Shown in pieces: positions 49,482-59,887 of a DNA stretch of 64,000 nt; positions within the stretch are counted from its first letter, which is position 1; each line of letters starts with the position of its first letter. The DNA lies in contig JAKPDB010000107.1 of NCBI GenBank assembly GCA_029552985.1, positions 15,170-79,169 on the forward strand, written 5' to 3'. The notes beneath the pieces are model-generated. The model made no database searches, was not told the DNA's origin, and worked only from the letters and a program-made list of their open reading frames with translations. This DNA is from a bacterium. Its GTDB lineage: Bacteria > Ratteibacteria > UBA8468 > B48-G9 > DTJG01. A program made the position numbers and the translations under genes.

Positions 49482-50328
49482 TTGTATGTTTCAGTACAAA
49501 TACTTTTTTCTTTGTTAGTTTACCTATTTCTGTTAGTGGTACACCGTTGATGCTGGCAGGCACACGACTGACAGATTTAGGCGAAATTGCCATTAGCAAT
49601 TCATAGTCCTCACCATCATAGAGAGCAGAACTAATTCTATTTTTTTCTGAAGCGTCCTGAGATACAGGTATTTTTGAAATTTCTATTTCAAAACCACATC
49701 CAGATGCTTCAGCAAGTTTTTTTGCATCTGCAGCCAGTCCATCAGAAAGGTCAATCATAGCAGTGGGTTTTATGTGACTAATGATTGTCTGTGCTTCCTT
49801 AACTCTTGGAATGAACTCGAATTGCTTTTTTTTCTGGGAACCGCCCAATTGTCCTGTTACAAAAAGAATGTCTTCTGGCTTTGCGGTACTTCGTAGGACA
49901 AGATTTTTCTTTTTTACGGTTCCTGCAAGAAAAATGTCCACAAATAATATTTCTGAACGGGATAGATTACCGCCGATGATATCTACGTTAAACAATTTCG
50001 CCATATCACGAATTCCTCTGTATATTTCCCTGTATGCTGAAACGATTTTCTGAGGTATACCAATAGAAACAAGTGCCCACAGTGGACTGCCTCCCATTGC
50101 TGCAATGTCACTGATATTGACTCCCAGGGCTTTCCACCCAATCTGATAAAAACTTGCCTGGTCAATTTTGAAATGCACATTTTCCACGACGGCGTCTGTT
50201 GTCAGCAACAGGTAGTGAGTTTTATTAAGGTTGATGACAGCTGCGTCATCTCCAATACCAATTTGTACTTCTTTCCTTTCTGGCAAACAGTGAGATTTTA
50301 ACCATTTGATGATTTTTTCTTCTTCCAT
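49432..50328 (-). CDS. thiL: thiamine-monophosphate kinase
   Basis: IGDDAAV motif and AIR-synthase-related fold. Confidence 0.8.
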   Translation of the reverse strand: MEEEKIIKWLKSHCLPERKEVQIGIGDDAAVINLNKTHYLLLTTDAVVENVHFKIDQASFYQIGWKALGVNISDIAAMGGSPLWALVSIGIPQKIVSAYREIYRGIRDMAKLFNVDIIGGNLSRSEILFVDIFLAGTVKKKNLVLRSTAKPEDILFVTGQLGGSQKKKQFEFIPRVKEAQTIISHIKPTAMIDLSDGLAADAKKLAEASGCGFEIEISKIPVSQDASEKNRISSALYDGEDYELLMAISPKSVSRVPASINGVPLTEIGKLTKKKVFVLKHTNGSTNKISKEKFRHFE

Positions 50329-50329
50329 A

Positions 50330-51532
50330 TTACTTTTCTTTTTTTCTGATTCTTCTGCCTTCCAGAATTAAAGGCAGGCCATAAATATCAATGAAACCTT
50401 TTGATGCTCTGTGGTCAAAAATGTCCTTTTCAGTGTATGTGGAAAGTTTTTCCTCATATAAAGAAAATGGAGATTTCCTGCCGACCACTGTGCATTGTCC
50501 CTTAAATAATTTTATTCTTACAGTCCCGGTCACGTATTTCTGGGTTTCGTTGATAAACTTTTCAAGACAGATTCTGAAATCGCTGAACCAATATCCATAA
50601 TAAATCAGTTCTGAATACTTCTGACTGACTATCGTTTTGAAGTGTAATAGTTCCCTTTCAAGAATCAGTTTTTCAAGTTCTGAATGCGCAGTATGAAGAA
50701 TCACTGCAGCCGGTGCTTCATAAATTTCTCTTGACTTGATGCCGACAAGACGATTCTCAATCATATCAATTCTACCCACGCCATGTTTACCACCAATTTC
50801 ATTAAGCATAGAAATAAGTTTTAGACCATTAACATGTCTTCCATTGATTCCTACAGGGATTCCTTCACAGAATTCGATTTCTATGTACTCTGGCTTTGAC
50901 GGTGCATTTTCGGGATTTTGTGTAATTTGATAAGCATCTTCAGGAGGTTCATGCCATGGGTCTTCAAGGACACCGCATTCTATGGAAATTCCCCACAGGT
51001 TCCAATCAATACTGTAGGGTTTTTTCTTTGTCACGCTGACAGGAATATTGTGTTTTTTTGCATATGCAATTTCTTCTTCCCTTGATTTGAACTCCCATTC
51101 TCTGACAGGCGCGATGATCTCCTTTTCAGGCGCAAGATTTTTAAATGCAAGTTCAAATCTTACCTGGTCATTTCCTTTCCCTGTGCATCCGTGTGCGAAG
51201 GCATCTGCATTTTCTTTTTTTGCAACCTCAACCATGTTTTTTGCAATCAGTGGCCGGGAAAGAGCTGTTGCCAGGGGGTATTTGCCTTCATAAAGCGCAG
51301 AACCTTTTAATGACGGGAATATGTAATTGTTGATAAACTCATCCTTGAGGTCTACAAAATAAAATTTTTTTGCACCTGTCTGGAGCGCTTTTTTTTCAAG
51401 CAGCGCCGGATTTTCTCTCTGTCCGACATCTGCTGTGAAGGCAATAATTTCTGCCTGATACTTTGTTTGTAACCATTTAATGATGACAGAGGTATCGAGA
51501 CCTCCAGAATATGCTACGACAATTTTTTTCAT
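50330..51532 (-). CDS. argG: argininosuccinate synthase
   Basis: [11 protein letters not shown]-loop motif; 400 aa. Confidence 0.95.
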   Translation of the reverse strand: MKKIVVAYSGGLDTSVIIKWLQTKYQAEIIAFTADVGQRENPALLEKKALQTGAKKFYFVDLKDEFINNYIFPSLKGSALYEGKYPLATALSRPLIAKNMVEVAKKENADAFAHGCTGKGNDQVRFELAFKNLAPEKEIIAPVREWEFKSREEEIAYAKKHNIPVSVTKKKPYSIDWNLWGISIECGVLEDPWHEPPEDAYQITQNPENAPSKPEYIEIEFCEGIPVGINGRHVNGLKLISMLNEIGGKHGVGRIDMIENRLVGIKSREIYEAPAAVILHTAHSELEKLILERELLHFKTIVSQKYSELIYYGYWFSDFRICLEKFINETQKYVTGTVRIKLFKGQCTVVGRKSPFSLYEEKLSTYTEKDIFDHRASKGFIDIYGLPLILEGRRIRKKEK

Positions 51533-51546
51533 TTTGCTTCTCCCTG

Positions 51547-52668
51547 TTATATTAGATTTTGTTTTTTCAATGTCAGAAACATGCGAATTCTACCAACAGC
51601 AAATCCACCGAATCCGAAAACCAGAAATGGCACCTGAACAATCACACCTGCCTTTGGTATTGCAGTGAAAAGAACAAAAACTCCGGTTCCAACAAATATG
51701 GCAAGAATCAGTTTCAATTTGCTTTCTTTCAGCTTGAAAAGAATAATTCTTCCCAGTGCAATGCAAGTGAATCCACGACACAAATATAGAAGAGATATAT
51801 AAAATGTTAATAATATCAATCCGATCGGAGCACCAATCACAGTGACCATCAAGAGTATCATGATTAATGGAGTAATCAACAGTAGTAGGATACCACTGAA
51901 AAAAATCCAGATGGGTTTTTTTTCTATAATTTCTATTGTTTCCTGAAGGACCCTTGGCGTAATGATCGTCATTAAAAGAAAAGGGAAACACAAACTCAAA
52001 AACGAATATAATTTTCTGAATTTAGACGAAAAAAAGATCTGTGCCTTTTGAGGAATAGGTGGTTCATATTTGAAGTTGCAATGTTTAAGCACATTTATAG
52101 GAAGAGAAGGTTTCGTCTGACTCTGTACAAAAAGGTCTTTGATCTCAATATTTTTTGTAAAAATAATATCTCTGGTTTTTATGTGAACAGTTTTATAATG
52201 TCCACCCATCTGAATATCTCTTGACCATATTTTGGTACTATTTTTGCATCTTACGCTGTCAGCCATCAGTATTTCAGGTGAAACGATATTAACATTGCCA
52301 TCAATTTCACAATTTTCTACTATTAAATTTCTTGCCATTACCTTCAGATTTCCCTTAATTGTTCCAGAAATTCTCACGGTGTCACCTGCGATATAAACGT
52401 CTTTGTTTGATATTCCATTAAAGTTAATAGTAATGCCGAATAAAATCACATCTTCATATGAAGTGCCTGAAAATTCCAAATTTTTTCCAATAGCAATCAT
52501 GTTGTTCATAAAACTGCGTTGCATTTTTAAATCCCTACCAGACAAAAAATCTTCGAGCTCCTGGTTTGTGGCCATATCCATCATTGCATGAACCTGAAAC
52601 CCGAACAAGAAAACCAGAATCAATAGAAGTTTTTTCATATTTTTTTTAGCATTGGTATTTCGTCGCAT
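51547..52668 (-). CDS. membrane protein with signal peptide, bactofilin-like beta-helical repeat region and C-terminal polytopic TM domain
   Basis: Repeating short beta-strand segments ([31 protein letters not shown]) followed by ~5 TM helices. Confidence 0.4.
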   Translation of the reverse strand: MRRNTNAKKNMKKLLLILVFLFGFQVHAMMDMATNQELEDFLSGRDLKMQRSFMNNMIAIGKNLEFSGTSYEDVILFGITINFNGISNKDVYIAGDTVRISGTIKGNLKVMARNLIVENCEIDGNVNIVSPEILMADSVRCKNSTKIWSRDIQMGGHYKTVHIKTRDIIFTKNIEIKDLFVQSQTKPSLPINVLKHCNFKYEPPIPQKAQIFFSSKFRKLYSFLSLCFPFLLMTIITPRVLQETIEIIEKKPIWIFFSGILLLLITPLIMILLMVTVIGAPIGLILLTFYISLLYLCRGFTCIALGRIILFKLKESKLKLILAIFVGTGVFVLFTAIPKAGVIVQVPFLVFGFGGFAVGRIRMFLTLKKQNLI

Positions 52669-53096
52669 CTCGGAAATTTTGGGCAGTTAATACAATCAAT
52701 CCATATTTTATGTGGAAGTTTTGTCTTTTCTATTCGAACAAAACCAAACTTTTCAAAAAATTCAGGAACATATGTAAGTACAAAAATTTTTTTTGTGCCA
52801 ATTTTTTTTGCCTCATTTAATAATGTTTCAACCAGCAGTGAACCATATCCCTTTTTTTGCTTTGAATTTTTAATGGCAAGGGATCTGATTTCGCCAAGGT
52901 CCTTCCATACAATTTTCAAACATCCACAACCCAAGATTTTCCCTTTTTTATCACAGATTACCCAGAAGTTTCTCAAATTTTCAAATACCTGATTTATTGA
53001 AACAGGAAGCATTTTTCCTTTTTTTGCCTGGTCGTTTATGAGATTTTTTATAAAATACGCATCAGCAACTACAGCTGGTCTGATGTCAATCTTCAT
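52635..53096 (-). CDS. GNAT family N-acetyltransferase (short ArgA-like, C-terminal CxxC motif)
   Basis: GNAT acetyl-CoA motif (GYGSLLVETLLNEAKK) and C-terminal [10 protein letters not shown]. Sits next to argG. Confidence 0.6.
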   Translation of the reverse strand: MKIDIRPAVVADAYFIKNLINDQAKKGKMLPVSINQVFENLRNFWVICDKKGKILGCGCLKIVWKDLGEIRSLAIKNSKQKKGYGSLLVETLLNEAKKIGTKKIFVLTYVPEFFEKFGFVRIEKTKLPHKIWIDCINCPKFPRCDEIPMLKKI

Positions 53097-53700
53097 ATAT
53101 CATCACTCTCCTTCCTTCGACAACAACGTTATTTTCAGAAATGAGTTTTATGGCGAGAGGATAAATGATATGTTCTTTTTCCTGGATTCTCTTATGCAAA
53201 CTTTCTGGACTATCATCGGACAATACAGGAACAACTGCCTGAAGTACGATTGGTCCGGTATCAATATCTTCTTCAACAAAATGGACAGTACATCCAGTAA
53301 ATTTCACTCCATAGTCAATAGCTTGTTTCCATGCTTCAAGCCCTCGAAAAGCAGGCAGTAGAGATGGATGAATATTAATAATTCTCCCCTGATATGCATT
53401 GAAAAACTCTTTTTTAATGACCCTCATAAAACCAGCCAGGCAAACCAGCTCAACATGATGTTCCTTTAGACACTGAACATATTTTTTTTCTTGATTTGGA
53501 TCAAGGAAAGTTTTATGTTTCCCTGGTTCTATATATTCGGCAGGAATTTTTTCAGAACGTGCAATTTCCAGAGCGTACGCCTGCGGATTATCACTAATGA
53601 CCACACCTATTTTAACATTCAAAAATCCTGTTTTAATCTGATCTATAATTGCTTGAAGATTGCTTCCTTTTCCTGAGGCAAGAACACCTATGGTAAACAT
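53086..53700 (-). CDS. purN: phosphoribosylglycinamide formyltransferase
   Basis: VLASGKGSNLQAI N-terminus and NIHPSLLP motif. Confidence 0.9.
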   Translation of the reverse strand: MFTIGVLASGKGSNLQAIIDQIKTGFLNVKIGVVISDNPQAYALEIARSEKIPAEYIEPGKHKTFLDPNQEKKYVQCLKEHHVELVCLAGFMRVIKKEFFNAYQGRIINIHPSLLPAFRGLEAWKQAIDYGVKFTGCTVHFVEEDIDTGPIVLQAVVPVLSDDSPESLHKRIQEKEHIIYPLAIKLISENNVVVEGRRVMIYED

Positions 53701-54014
53701 TTTTCGATCTCCTTTATGTATCGAAGAATTTTTTTCAACAATGCTGATGAATTCTGTTTATTCTTTTTCTGCGTGTTATGGATATCATGGAATTTTTTTT
53801 TAACACCTACGATTTTGTATCCATTCTGGTATAGCAATTTTTGAATTTGTTTGATTCTTTCAACATCCTTTGCAGAATATATTCTTCTTCCAGCAGGATC
53901 CCTCTGAATTTTCAAAAAAGAAAACTGTTTCTCCCAGTATCTTAAAATATGCGTGCCGACTCCTGTAATTTCAGAAACCTCACTGATACTGTAATAACGG
54001 TTATGCTCACTCAT
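53688..54014 (-). CDS. MerR family transcriptional regulator
   Basis: N-terminal HTH YSISEVSEITGVGTHILRYWE. Confidence 0.7.
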   Translation of the reverse strand: MSEHNRYYSISEVSEITGVGTHILRYWEKQFSFLKIQRDPAGRRIYSAKDVERIKQIQKLLYQNGYKIVGVKKKFHDIHNTQKKNKQNSSALLKKILRYIKEIEKCLP

Positions 54015-54984
54015 TTTTCAATTCTCTTGTCATAAGTTTGTCAATCTCGTCGGGTGGTTTTGCATTTTCATGTACAATTCGATACACTGCTGCGGCAATA
54101 GGAATATCTATGTTGTACGTGTTAGCCATTTTCACAATGGCTTTTGAAGCAGATATTCCCTCAACCACCATTCTGGTTTGAGCAAGAAATTGCTCTTTTT
54201 TAGCCATTGCTATTGCCTGACCAAATCTGTGATTTCTGCTGCTGGGGCTGAATGAGGTTGTGATCAGGTCGCCAATTCCGGCAAGTCCCAAAAATGTTTT
54301 ATCTTTTGCGCCAAAAATTTTTCCAAATCTTTTCATTTCTTCTACGCTTCTTGTCAAATAAGATGCCTTTGCGTTATCACCCAGTTTGAGTCCATCAATG
54401 ATTCCCGAGCCAATTGCGATCACATTTTTATAGCCACCACATATTTCAACACCACACACGTCATCGCTTGTATATAATCTCAGTACTTTTGAGGAAAACA
54501 TATTCTGTATTTCTCTCGCCATATGTGTATCGTCAGAAGCCACTACCGCAGCAGTCGGTTTTCCTGCGGCAACCTCAGAAGCAATTGTGGGTCCTGAAAT
54601 CACTGCAAATTTACACCTGCCTATTTCATTATACAATATTTCTGACATTCTCATTCCTGTCTCTGGTTCAAGTCCTTTAGTGGCGATCAAAATTTTCTGC
54701 CTTTTATAAAAAGGTTTTAGATTTCTGAGTGTTTCTCTGAAATACTGAGAAGGTACAACGATTATAAGCAAACTGTTATTACAGACAGTTTGAATATCAC
54801 TTGTAATTGTTACATCATCGGGTATTTTGAACCCAGGAAGAAACTCAATATTTTCTTTCGTATTTGAAAGCACAGAAGCATATTCAGGGAACTTTTCCCA
54901 CAGTGTTACCTCAAATTTGCCAGAAAGTATTATTGATAGGGCAGTACCCCAGCCACCTGCACCGACAATGCCTATTTTTTCCAT
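54007..54984 (-). CDS. gpsA: NAD(P)H-dependent glycerol-3-phosphate dehydrogenase
   Basis: IGIVGAGGWGTAL N-terminus; the plsY-gpsA arrangement. Confidence 0.9.
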   Translation of the reverse strand: MEKIGIVGAGGWGTALSIILSGKFEVTLWEKFPEYASVLSNTKENIEFLPGFKIPDDVTITSDIQTVCNNSLLIIVVPSQYFRETLRNLKPFYKRQKILIATKGLEPETGMRMSEILYNEIGRCKFAVISGPTIASEVAAGKPTAAVVASDDTHMAREIQNMFSSKVLRLYTSDDVCGVEICGGYKNVIAIGSGIIDGLKLGDNAKASYLTRSVEEMKRFGKIFGAKDKTFLGLAGIGDLITTSFSPSSRNHRFGQAIAMAKKEQFLAQTRMVVEGISASKAIVKMANTYNIDIPIAAAVYRIVHENAKPPDEIDKLMTRELKNE

Positions 54985-55583
54985 AGGCTGAACCTGTTTT
55001 CAGTGCCACCAATTAACCTTTTTATGTTATCTCTGTGGGCAAAAATTACAACGATACAGATCACAATTCCTACAAAAAGAAGATGTATATCGTTTTGCAA
55101 AATGAATATCAGAAAAGGTAATGCGATTGCTGCAGTTATGGATGCCAGCGAAACATAACCAGTGAGAGCAAATATCACAAGCCATACAAACAAACTGAAT
55201 ATTGCTTCAACAGGCATCATGGCAAGTATTACACCAAAGCTGCAATTTACTGATTTTCCGCCTTTACCCTTAAGGAACAAAGAAAATTTACTACCAATAA
55301 TTGCTGCTACTCCAACAGCAATCAGTGTGATTTGATTGACATTTTCTCCATAGATACTTTTCATCAGTATTATTGGCAGAGCGCCCTTTAACACATCAAG
55401 TATAAAAGTAAAAATTCCGGGCACTGGTCCCAGCACCCGGAATACATTTGTCGCACCTATATTACCGCTGCCTTTGTTTCTCAGGTCGATTTTATAAAAG
55501 TACCTTCCTATCCAGTAACCCCATACTAAGCTACCTGAAACATAACCCAGTAAAATCCAGTATATCGTTGAGAAACAAGACAC
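54972..55583 (-). CDS. plsY: glycerol-3-phosphate acyltransferase PlsY
   Basis: GSGNIGATNVFR motif; ~200-aa membrane protein. Confidence 0.85.
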   Translation of the reverse strand: MSCFSTIYWILLGYVSGSLVWGYWIGRYFYKIDLRNKGSGNIGATNVFRVLGPVPGIFTFILDVLKGALPIILMKSIYGENVNQITLIAVGVAAIIGSKFSLFLKGKGGKSVNCSFGVILAMMPVEAIFSLFVWLVIFALTGYVSLASITAAIALPFLIFILQNDIHLLFVGIVICIVVIFAHRDNIKRLIGGTENRFSLWKK

Positions 55584-55599
55584 GGTTCATATGCCTATA

Positions 55600-56229
55600 T
55601 TACTGAAGCCCGAGCAGTTCTTTGGCTTTGTCAACAGCAGATCCTGCATCAGGCGCGTATCCATCAGCACCAATTTCATCTGCATATGCTTGTGTTACAG
55701 GAGCTCCTCCTATGATGACTTTTACCTTATCTCTGATTCCTTCTGCTTTTAATTTTTCAATAACATCCTTCATTGCTGGCATTGTGGTTGTCAGAAGGGC
55801 TGAAAGCCCAATCAACTGAGCGCCATTTTTGGCCGCCTCTACAAACTTTTCTTCAGGAACATCAATGCCAAGGTCAATAACTTCAAAGCCTGCTCCTTTC
55901 CACATCATGGAGACGAGATTTTTTCCAATGTCATGGAGGTCTCCTTTTACTGTTCCTATAGCCACTTTCCCCTGAGGTTTTATGCCTGCCTTGGCAATTT
56001 CTGGCTGCAGTATCGCCATTGCCTGGTTCATGGCTCTGGCAGCGATCAGGACTTCAGGAACATAAAATTCATTATTTTTGAATTTTACTCCAACAACATT
56101 CATTCCAGCGATTAACCCTTCATTCAAAATTTTTTCAACGCTGATGTTTTCAGCCAGAGCCTTAGAAACAAGCTCTGTGGCTTTCTTTGCATCTCCTCTA
56201 ATTATTGCTTGCTTAATTTCCTCTAACAT
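55600..56229 (-). CDS. corrinoid (cobalamin-binding) protein of methyltransferase systems (MtaC/MtbC-like)
   Basis: N-terminal B12-binding_2 helical cap plus a Rossmann B12-binding domain with DxHxxG (GDLHDIGKN). Confidence 0.75.
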   Translation of the reverse strand: MLEEIKQAIIRGDAKKATELVSKALAENISVEKILNEGLIAGMNVVGVKFKNNEFYVPEVLIAARAMNQAMAILQPEIAKAGIKPQGKVAIGTVKGDLHDIGKNLVSMMWKGAGFEVIDLGIDVPEEKFVEAAKNGAQLIGLSALLTTTMPAMKDVIEKLKAEGIRDKVKVIIGGAPVTQAYADEIGADGYAPDAGSAVDKAKELLGLQ

Positions 56230-56290
56230 TTTGCCCCCCTGATCTGTAAAAAAATTTATTTAAAACATTTTATACAGCAAATTAAAATGT

Positions 56291-56318
56291 TTGTCAAGTT
56301 TTATTATCAGAGTAAAAT
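56291..56318 (+). promoter_or_regulatory. putative promoter TTGTCA-16-TAAAAT upstream of tRNA-Val
   Basis: Near-consensus hexamers 13 nt upstream of the tRNA 5' end. Confidence 0.3.
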
Positions 56319-56331
56319 ATATATAGATGAC

Positions 56332-56405
56332 AGGCGGTTAGCTCAGTCGGCAAGAGCGCTTCCCTTACAAGGAAGAGGTCGTGGGTTCGATTCCCTCACC
56401 GCCTA
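56332..56405 (+). tRNA. tRNA-Val (anticodon TAC); CCA not encoded
   Basis: Cloverleaf folded by hand. Acceptor AGGCGGT/ACCGCCT, D-stem GCTC/GAGC, anticodon stem CTTCC/GGAAG with loop CTTACAA, T-loop TTCGATT. One U-U mismatch in the T-stem. Confidence 0.8.
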
Positions 56406-56547
56406 TTGACGGGTATATTCCAGCACATCCTTTACACAATATTCCATGCATCAATGTTTTTCAATACAGAAAAAATGAAACTGTGCTGGATAAAAATTCA
56501 TCTAAAATTGTGAAATGTAAAAATAAAAATTGAAAAAAGGAGTCAAC

Positions 56548-58422
56548 ATGGAAAAAATCATTGGTATAGACCTTGGAACAAGTAATTCAGCAGCTGCAAT
56601 AATGGAAGGCGGTAAAATTGTTGTGATACCGAGTGCAGAAGGTACAACCATTGTCGGCGGAAAGGCGTTTCCTTCATACGTAGCATTTACAAGGGATGGT
56701 CAGATTCTTGTGGGTGAACCAGCAAGAAGACAGGCAGCTGTGAATCCTGAACGCACAATTTTCGGTGCAAAAAGGAAAATGGGGACTGATTTTAAGTATA
56801 CAATTGATGGCAAAACGTATACCCCCCAGCAAATTTCTGCTTTCATTCTCCAGAAAATCAAAAAAGATGCAGAAAGTTTTCTCGGCTATTCGATTCACAA
56901 AGCAGTAATCACTGTCCCTGCATATTTTAACGATAACCAAAGGCAGGCCACTAAAGATGCTGGAACGATTGCAGGTCTGGAAGTTGTGAGATTAATCAAT
57001 GAACCCACAGCAGCAGCATTTGCCTATGGTTTGGATAAGTTGAATCAGGAATTAAAAATCATGGTGTTTGACCTCGGTGCAGGAACCCTGGATGTGACGA
57101 TTATGGAAATGATGGGAGGTGGAGTTTTTAAGGTACTTTCTACCAGCGGTGACACACAACTTGGTGGAACTGATATGGACCAGGATGTTATTGACTTTAT
57201 CGTGAAGGACTTTAAAATGCAAACCGGTATCGACTTGACAAATGACAAGATGGCAATGCAAAGAATCAGGGAAGCAGCTGAAAAGGCAAAGATAGAGCTT
57301 TCTTCTACTCTTGAGACAGAAATCAATCTTCTTTTTATTACTGCAAATGACAAAGGTCCGCAGCATCTTTCCATGAAAATAAGGCGGGCGCAACTTGAAG
57401 AACTTGTTAGAGGAAGAGTGGAAAAATGTCGCGGTCCAATGGAACAGGCACTTGCAGATGCAAAACTAACTCCTTCACAGATTGACAAAATTATTCTTGT
57501 TGGTGGCCCCACAAGAATGCCAATTATACAGAAATTCATTGAAGATTTTATGGGTAAAAAACCCGAGAGAGGAGTTGATCCCATGGAATGTGTTGCCACA
57601 GGGGCAGCAATTCAGGGTGCAATTCTTGCAGGAGATCTAAAGGACAAAGATATTTTATTGCTTGATGTAACGCCTTTGTCCCTCGGTGTTGAAACTCTTG
57701 GTGGAGTGTTTACCAAAATCATAGAGAGAAACACAACCATTCCAACAAAAAAGAGCCAGATATTTACGACCGCCACAGACAATCAGACGTCAGTGGAAAT
57801 TCATGTGTTGCAGGGCGAACGTCCGATGGCAGCGCATAATACCAGTCTCGGAAGATTTCATTTAGACGACATTCCTCCTGCTCCCAGGGGAGTGCCGCAA
57901 ATTGAGGTGACATTTGATATCGATTCAAATGGAATTTTGTCAGTCACTGCAAAAGACCTTGCAACGAAAAAAGAACAATCAATTCGCATTACTGCTTCAA
58001 AAAAATTAACTAAAGAAGAAATCGATAGAATGATTAAGGAAGCAGAGCAATTTGCAGAACAGGATAGAAAACAGAAGGAGCTGGTTGAACTATGCAATCA
58101 AGCTGATGCACTTGCCTATAGTGTTGAGAAAACTCTGAAAGAGCATGAAAGCAAAATTCCTGAAGCAGAAAGAAATACAGTGAGAGAAAAAATTTCTGCT
58201 TTGAGAAAAGCGATAGAAACAAAGAATGAATCCGAAATAAGGTCGCGTATGCAGGAAGTGGAACAAAGTTCTCATCGTATAGCCGAGATTCTGTATAAAC
58301 AATCGACGCAATCCAGTCAGGCACAACAGCAGACAACGTCACATTCATCTGAACCACAGTCCGAACAGAGCGATAAGAAAGTTGTGGATGCTGATTATCG
58401 GGAAGTAGATGGTAATAAATAA
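56548..58422 (+). CDS. dnaK: molecular chaperone DnaK
   Basis: [10 protein letters not shown] and DLGGGTFD-like motifs; full Hsp70. SD AAAAGGAG precedes the ATG at 56548. Confidence 0.95.
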   Translation: MEKIIGIDLGTSNSAAAIMEGGKIVVIPSAEGTTIVGGKAFPSYVAFTRDGQILVGEPARRQAAVNPERTIFGAKRKMGTDFKYTIDGKTYTPQQISAFILQKIKKDAESFLGYSIHKAVITVPAYFNDNQRQATKDAGTIAGLEVVRLINEPTAAAFAYGLDKLNQELKIMVFDLGAGTLDVTIMEMMGGGVFKVLSTSGDTQLGGTDMDQDVIDFIVKDFKMQTGIDLTNDKMAMQRIREAAEKAKIELSSTLETEINLLFITANDKGPQHLSMKIRRAQLEELVRGRVEKCRGPMEQALADAKLTPSQIDKIILVGGPTRMPIIQKFIEDFMGKKPERGVDPMECVATGAAIQGAILAGDLKDKDILLLDVTPLSLGVETLGGVFTKIIERNTTIPTKKSQIFTTATDNQTSVEIHVLQGERPMAAHNTSLGRFHLDDIPPAPRGVPQIEVTFDIDSNGILSVTAKDLATKKEQSIRITASKKLTKEEIDRMIKEAEQFAEQDRKQKELVELCNQADALAYSVEKTLKEHESKIPEAERNTVREKISALRKAIETKNESEIRSRMQEVEQSSHRIAEILYKQSTQSSQAQQQTTSHSSEPQSEQSDKKVVDADYREVDGNK

Positions 58423-58442
58423 TTTCGGAAATCTGGATTACT

Positions 58443-58474
58443 ACGGGCGGAATCATATCCGCCCGTTTTTTATT
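58443..58474 (+). terminator. rho-independent terminator after dnaK
   Basis: ACGGGCGG-AATCATAT-CCGCCCGT hairpin followed by a TTTTTTATT run. Confidence 0.6.
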
Positions 58475-58527
58475 GATCTTATGCGATAAATGGTATAATG
58501 ATATCGTAACGTTTAAAAAGGTAAGCC

Positions 58528-59574
58528 ATGATCACTTACAAAAAATCCGGTGTGAACGATGATAAAGCAGAAATGCTTGTTGCACTGATCAAACAACGGG
58601 TAAAGCAGGCATCATTTCCCCGGAAAATGTCCACAGACATTGGTTTTTTTGGAGGATTTATACCGTTCTCAACCAAAAACAAAAAAAGTTATCTTGTTGC
58701 TTCCTGTGATGGTGTGGGAACAAAAATTCTTATCGCGAAAGCGTTTGAAAAATACGATACAATTGGTATTGATCTGGTGGCAATGAACTGTAACGATGTG
58801 GCTGTCTGTGGAGCAAAGCCACTATTTTTTCTTGATTATATTGCAGTTGGCAAATTGAAAATAGAAAGAGAAAAGAAGATTGTTGAAGGAATAATCAAGG
58901 GTTGTGAAATGTCGCAATGTGTTCTTGCCGGGGGTGAAACAGCGCAGATGCCTGATGTATATTCTGAAGATGACTTTGACCTGGCAGGTTTTTGTACTGG
59001 TGTAGTTGAAGCAGATGGAATACTGGGACCAATGAAAGTGAAAAACGGTGACGTACTGCTTGGTGTTGCTTCAAATGGGCTTCATTCAAATGGATTTTCA
59101 CTTGTAAGAAAAGTTCTTCTCTCAGGTAGGGGTGTGAAAAAGATGCTTGGGGCATACCAGATACCATTGGGAAGGTCTCTGGGAGAAGAATTGTTACGAC
59201 CCACATACATTTATTCGACACTACTTTCTTTTCTTGCTGAAAATAAGTTAATTCATGCAGCTGCACATATTACTGGTGGCGGCATCCCTGGTAATCTGGT
59301 GAGGATTCTGCCTGAACATCTGGATGCTGAAATTTATCTTAATTCCTGGCAGATACCTCAAATATTTTATATGATACAGAGTAATGGAAAGATTACGAAA
59401 AAGGAAATGTTCAATGTTTTCAATATGGGAATAGGATTAATTATGGCACTTCCTGAACGCAATGTTGACAGGGTACAATCAATCATTCAGAAATACGGCT
59501 TCAGGTCTTTTAAAATTGGTTGGATGTGTCCGGGTAAAGGAAAAGTGAGATTTCTCAAGAAGTCAGTTGGTTAA
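58528..59574 (+). CDS. purM: phosphoribosylformylglycinamidine cyclo-ligase
   Basis: YKKSGVN N-terminus and AIR-synthase fold. Confidence 0.9.
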   Translation: MITYKKSGVNDDKAEMLVALIKQRVKQASFPRKMSTDIGFFGGFIPFSTKNKKSYLVASCDGVGTKILIAKAFEKYDTIGIDLVAMNCNDVAVCGAKPLFFLDYIAVGKLKIEREKKIVEGIIKGCEMSQCVLAGGETAQMPDVYSEDDFDLAGFCTGVVEADGILGPMKVKNGDVLLGVASNGLHSNGFSLVRKVLLSGRGVKKMLGAYQIPLGRSLGEELLRPTYIYSTLLSFLAENKLIHAAAHITGGGIPGNLVRILPEHLDAEIYLNSWQIPQIFYMIQSNGKITKKEMFNVFNMGIGLIMALPERNVDRVQSIIQKYGFRSFKIGWMCPGKGKVRFLKKSVG

Positions 59575-59599
59575 ATTTGTTTTTTAAAAAGGGGGAAAG

Positions 59600-59887
59600 A
59601 TGGATGAAAAAAAGAATGTGCTGTACAAGGTACTTGCTCTCGGGATTGCTTCCCTTTCTCTTGCCGGAAAAAAGGGAAAAGAAATTTTGGAAAATCTCGA
59701 AAAAGAAGTAAAAGAAAAAAATCTTGAAGAAAAAATTGAGAAAAGTTTCTCCCGGATACTTGGAAAAATGTCAAGAATAAAAGAAATAGAAAAAGAGAAA
59801 ATTGCGGAAGTTTTTGGTGTTGCGACAAAAGAAGAAATAGAGAACTTGAAGAAAGAAATAGAGAATATCAAGCATGGTAACCAATGA
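59600..59887 (+). CDS. phasin-like small coiled-coil protein (often paired with ABC1/UbiB kinases)
   Basis: 95 aa, Lys/Glu-rich coiled coil with an amphipathic N-terminus. Overlaps the ubiB-like start. Confidence 0.4.
   Translation: MDEKKNVLYKVLALGIASLSLAGKKGKEILENLEKEVKEKNLEEKIEKSFSRILGKMSRIKEIEKEKIAEVFGVATKEEIENLKKEIENIKHGNQ

Noticed and set aside
56406-56547. Searched for a CIRCE/HrcA operator or sigma32 promoter upstream of dnaK
   Set aside because: No TTAGCACTC-N9-GAGTGCTAA-like inverted repeat and no convincing CTTGAAA/CCCCAT pair. Only AT-rich sequence.
57045-57599. 184-aa minus-strand ORF inside dnaK
   Set aside because: Antisense to dnaK; Ser/Ile-rich and typical of a shadow ORF.
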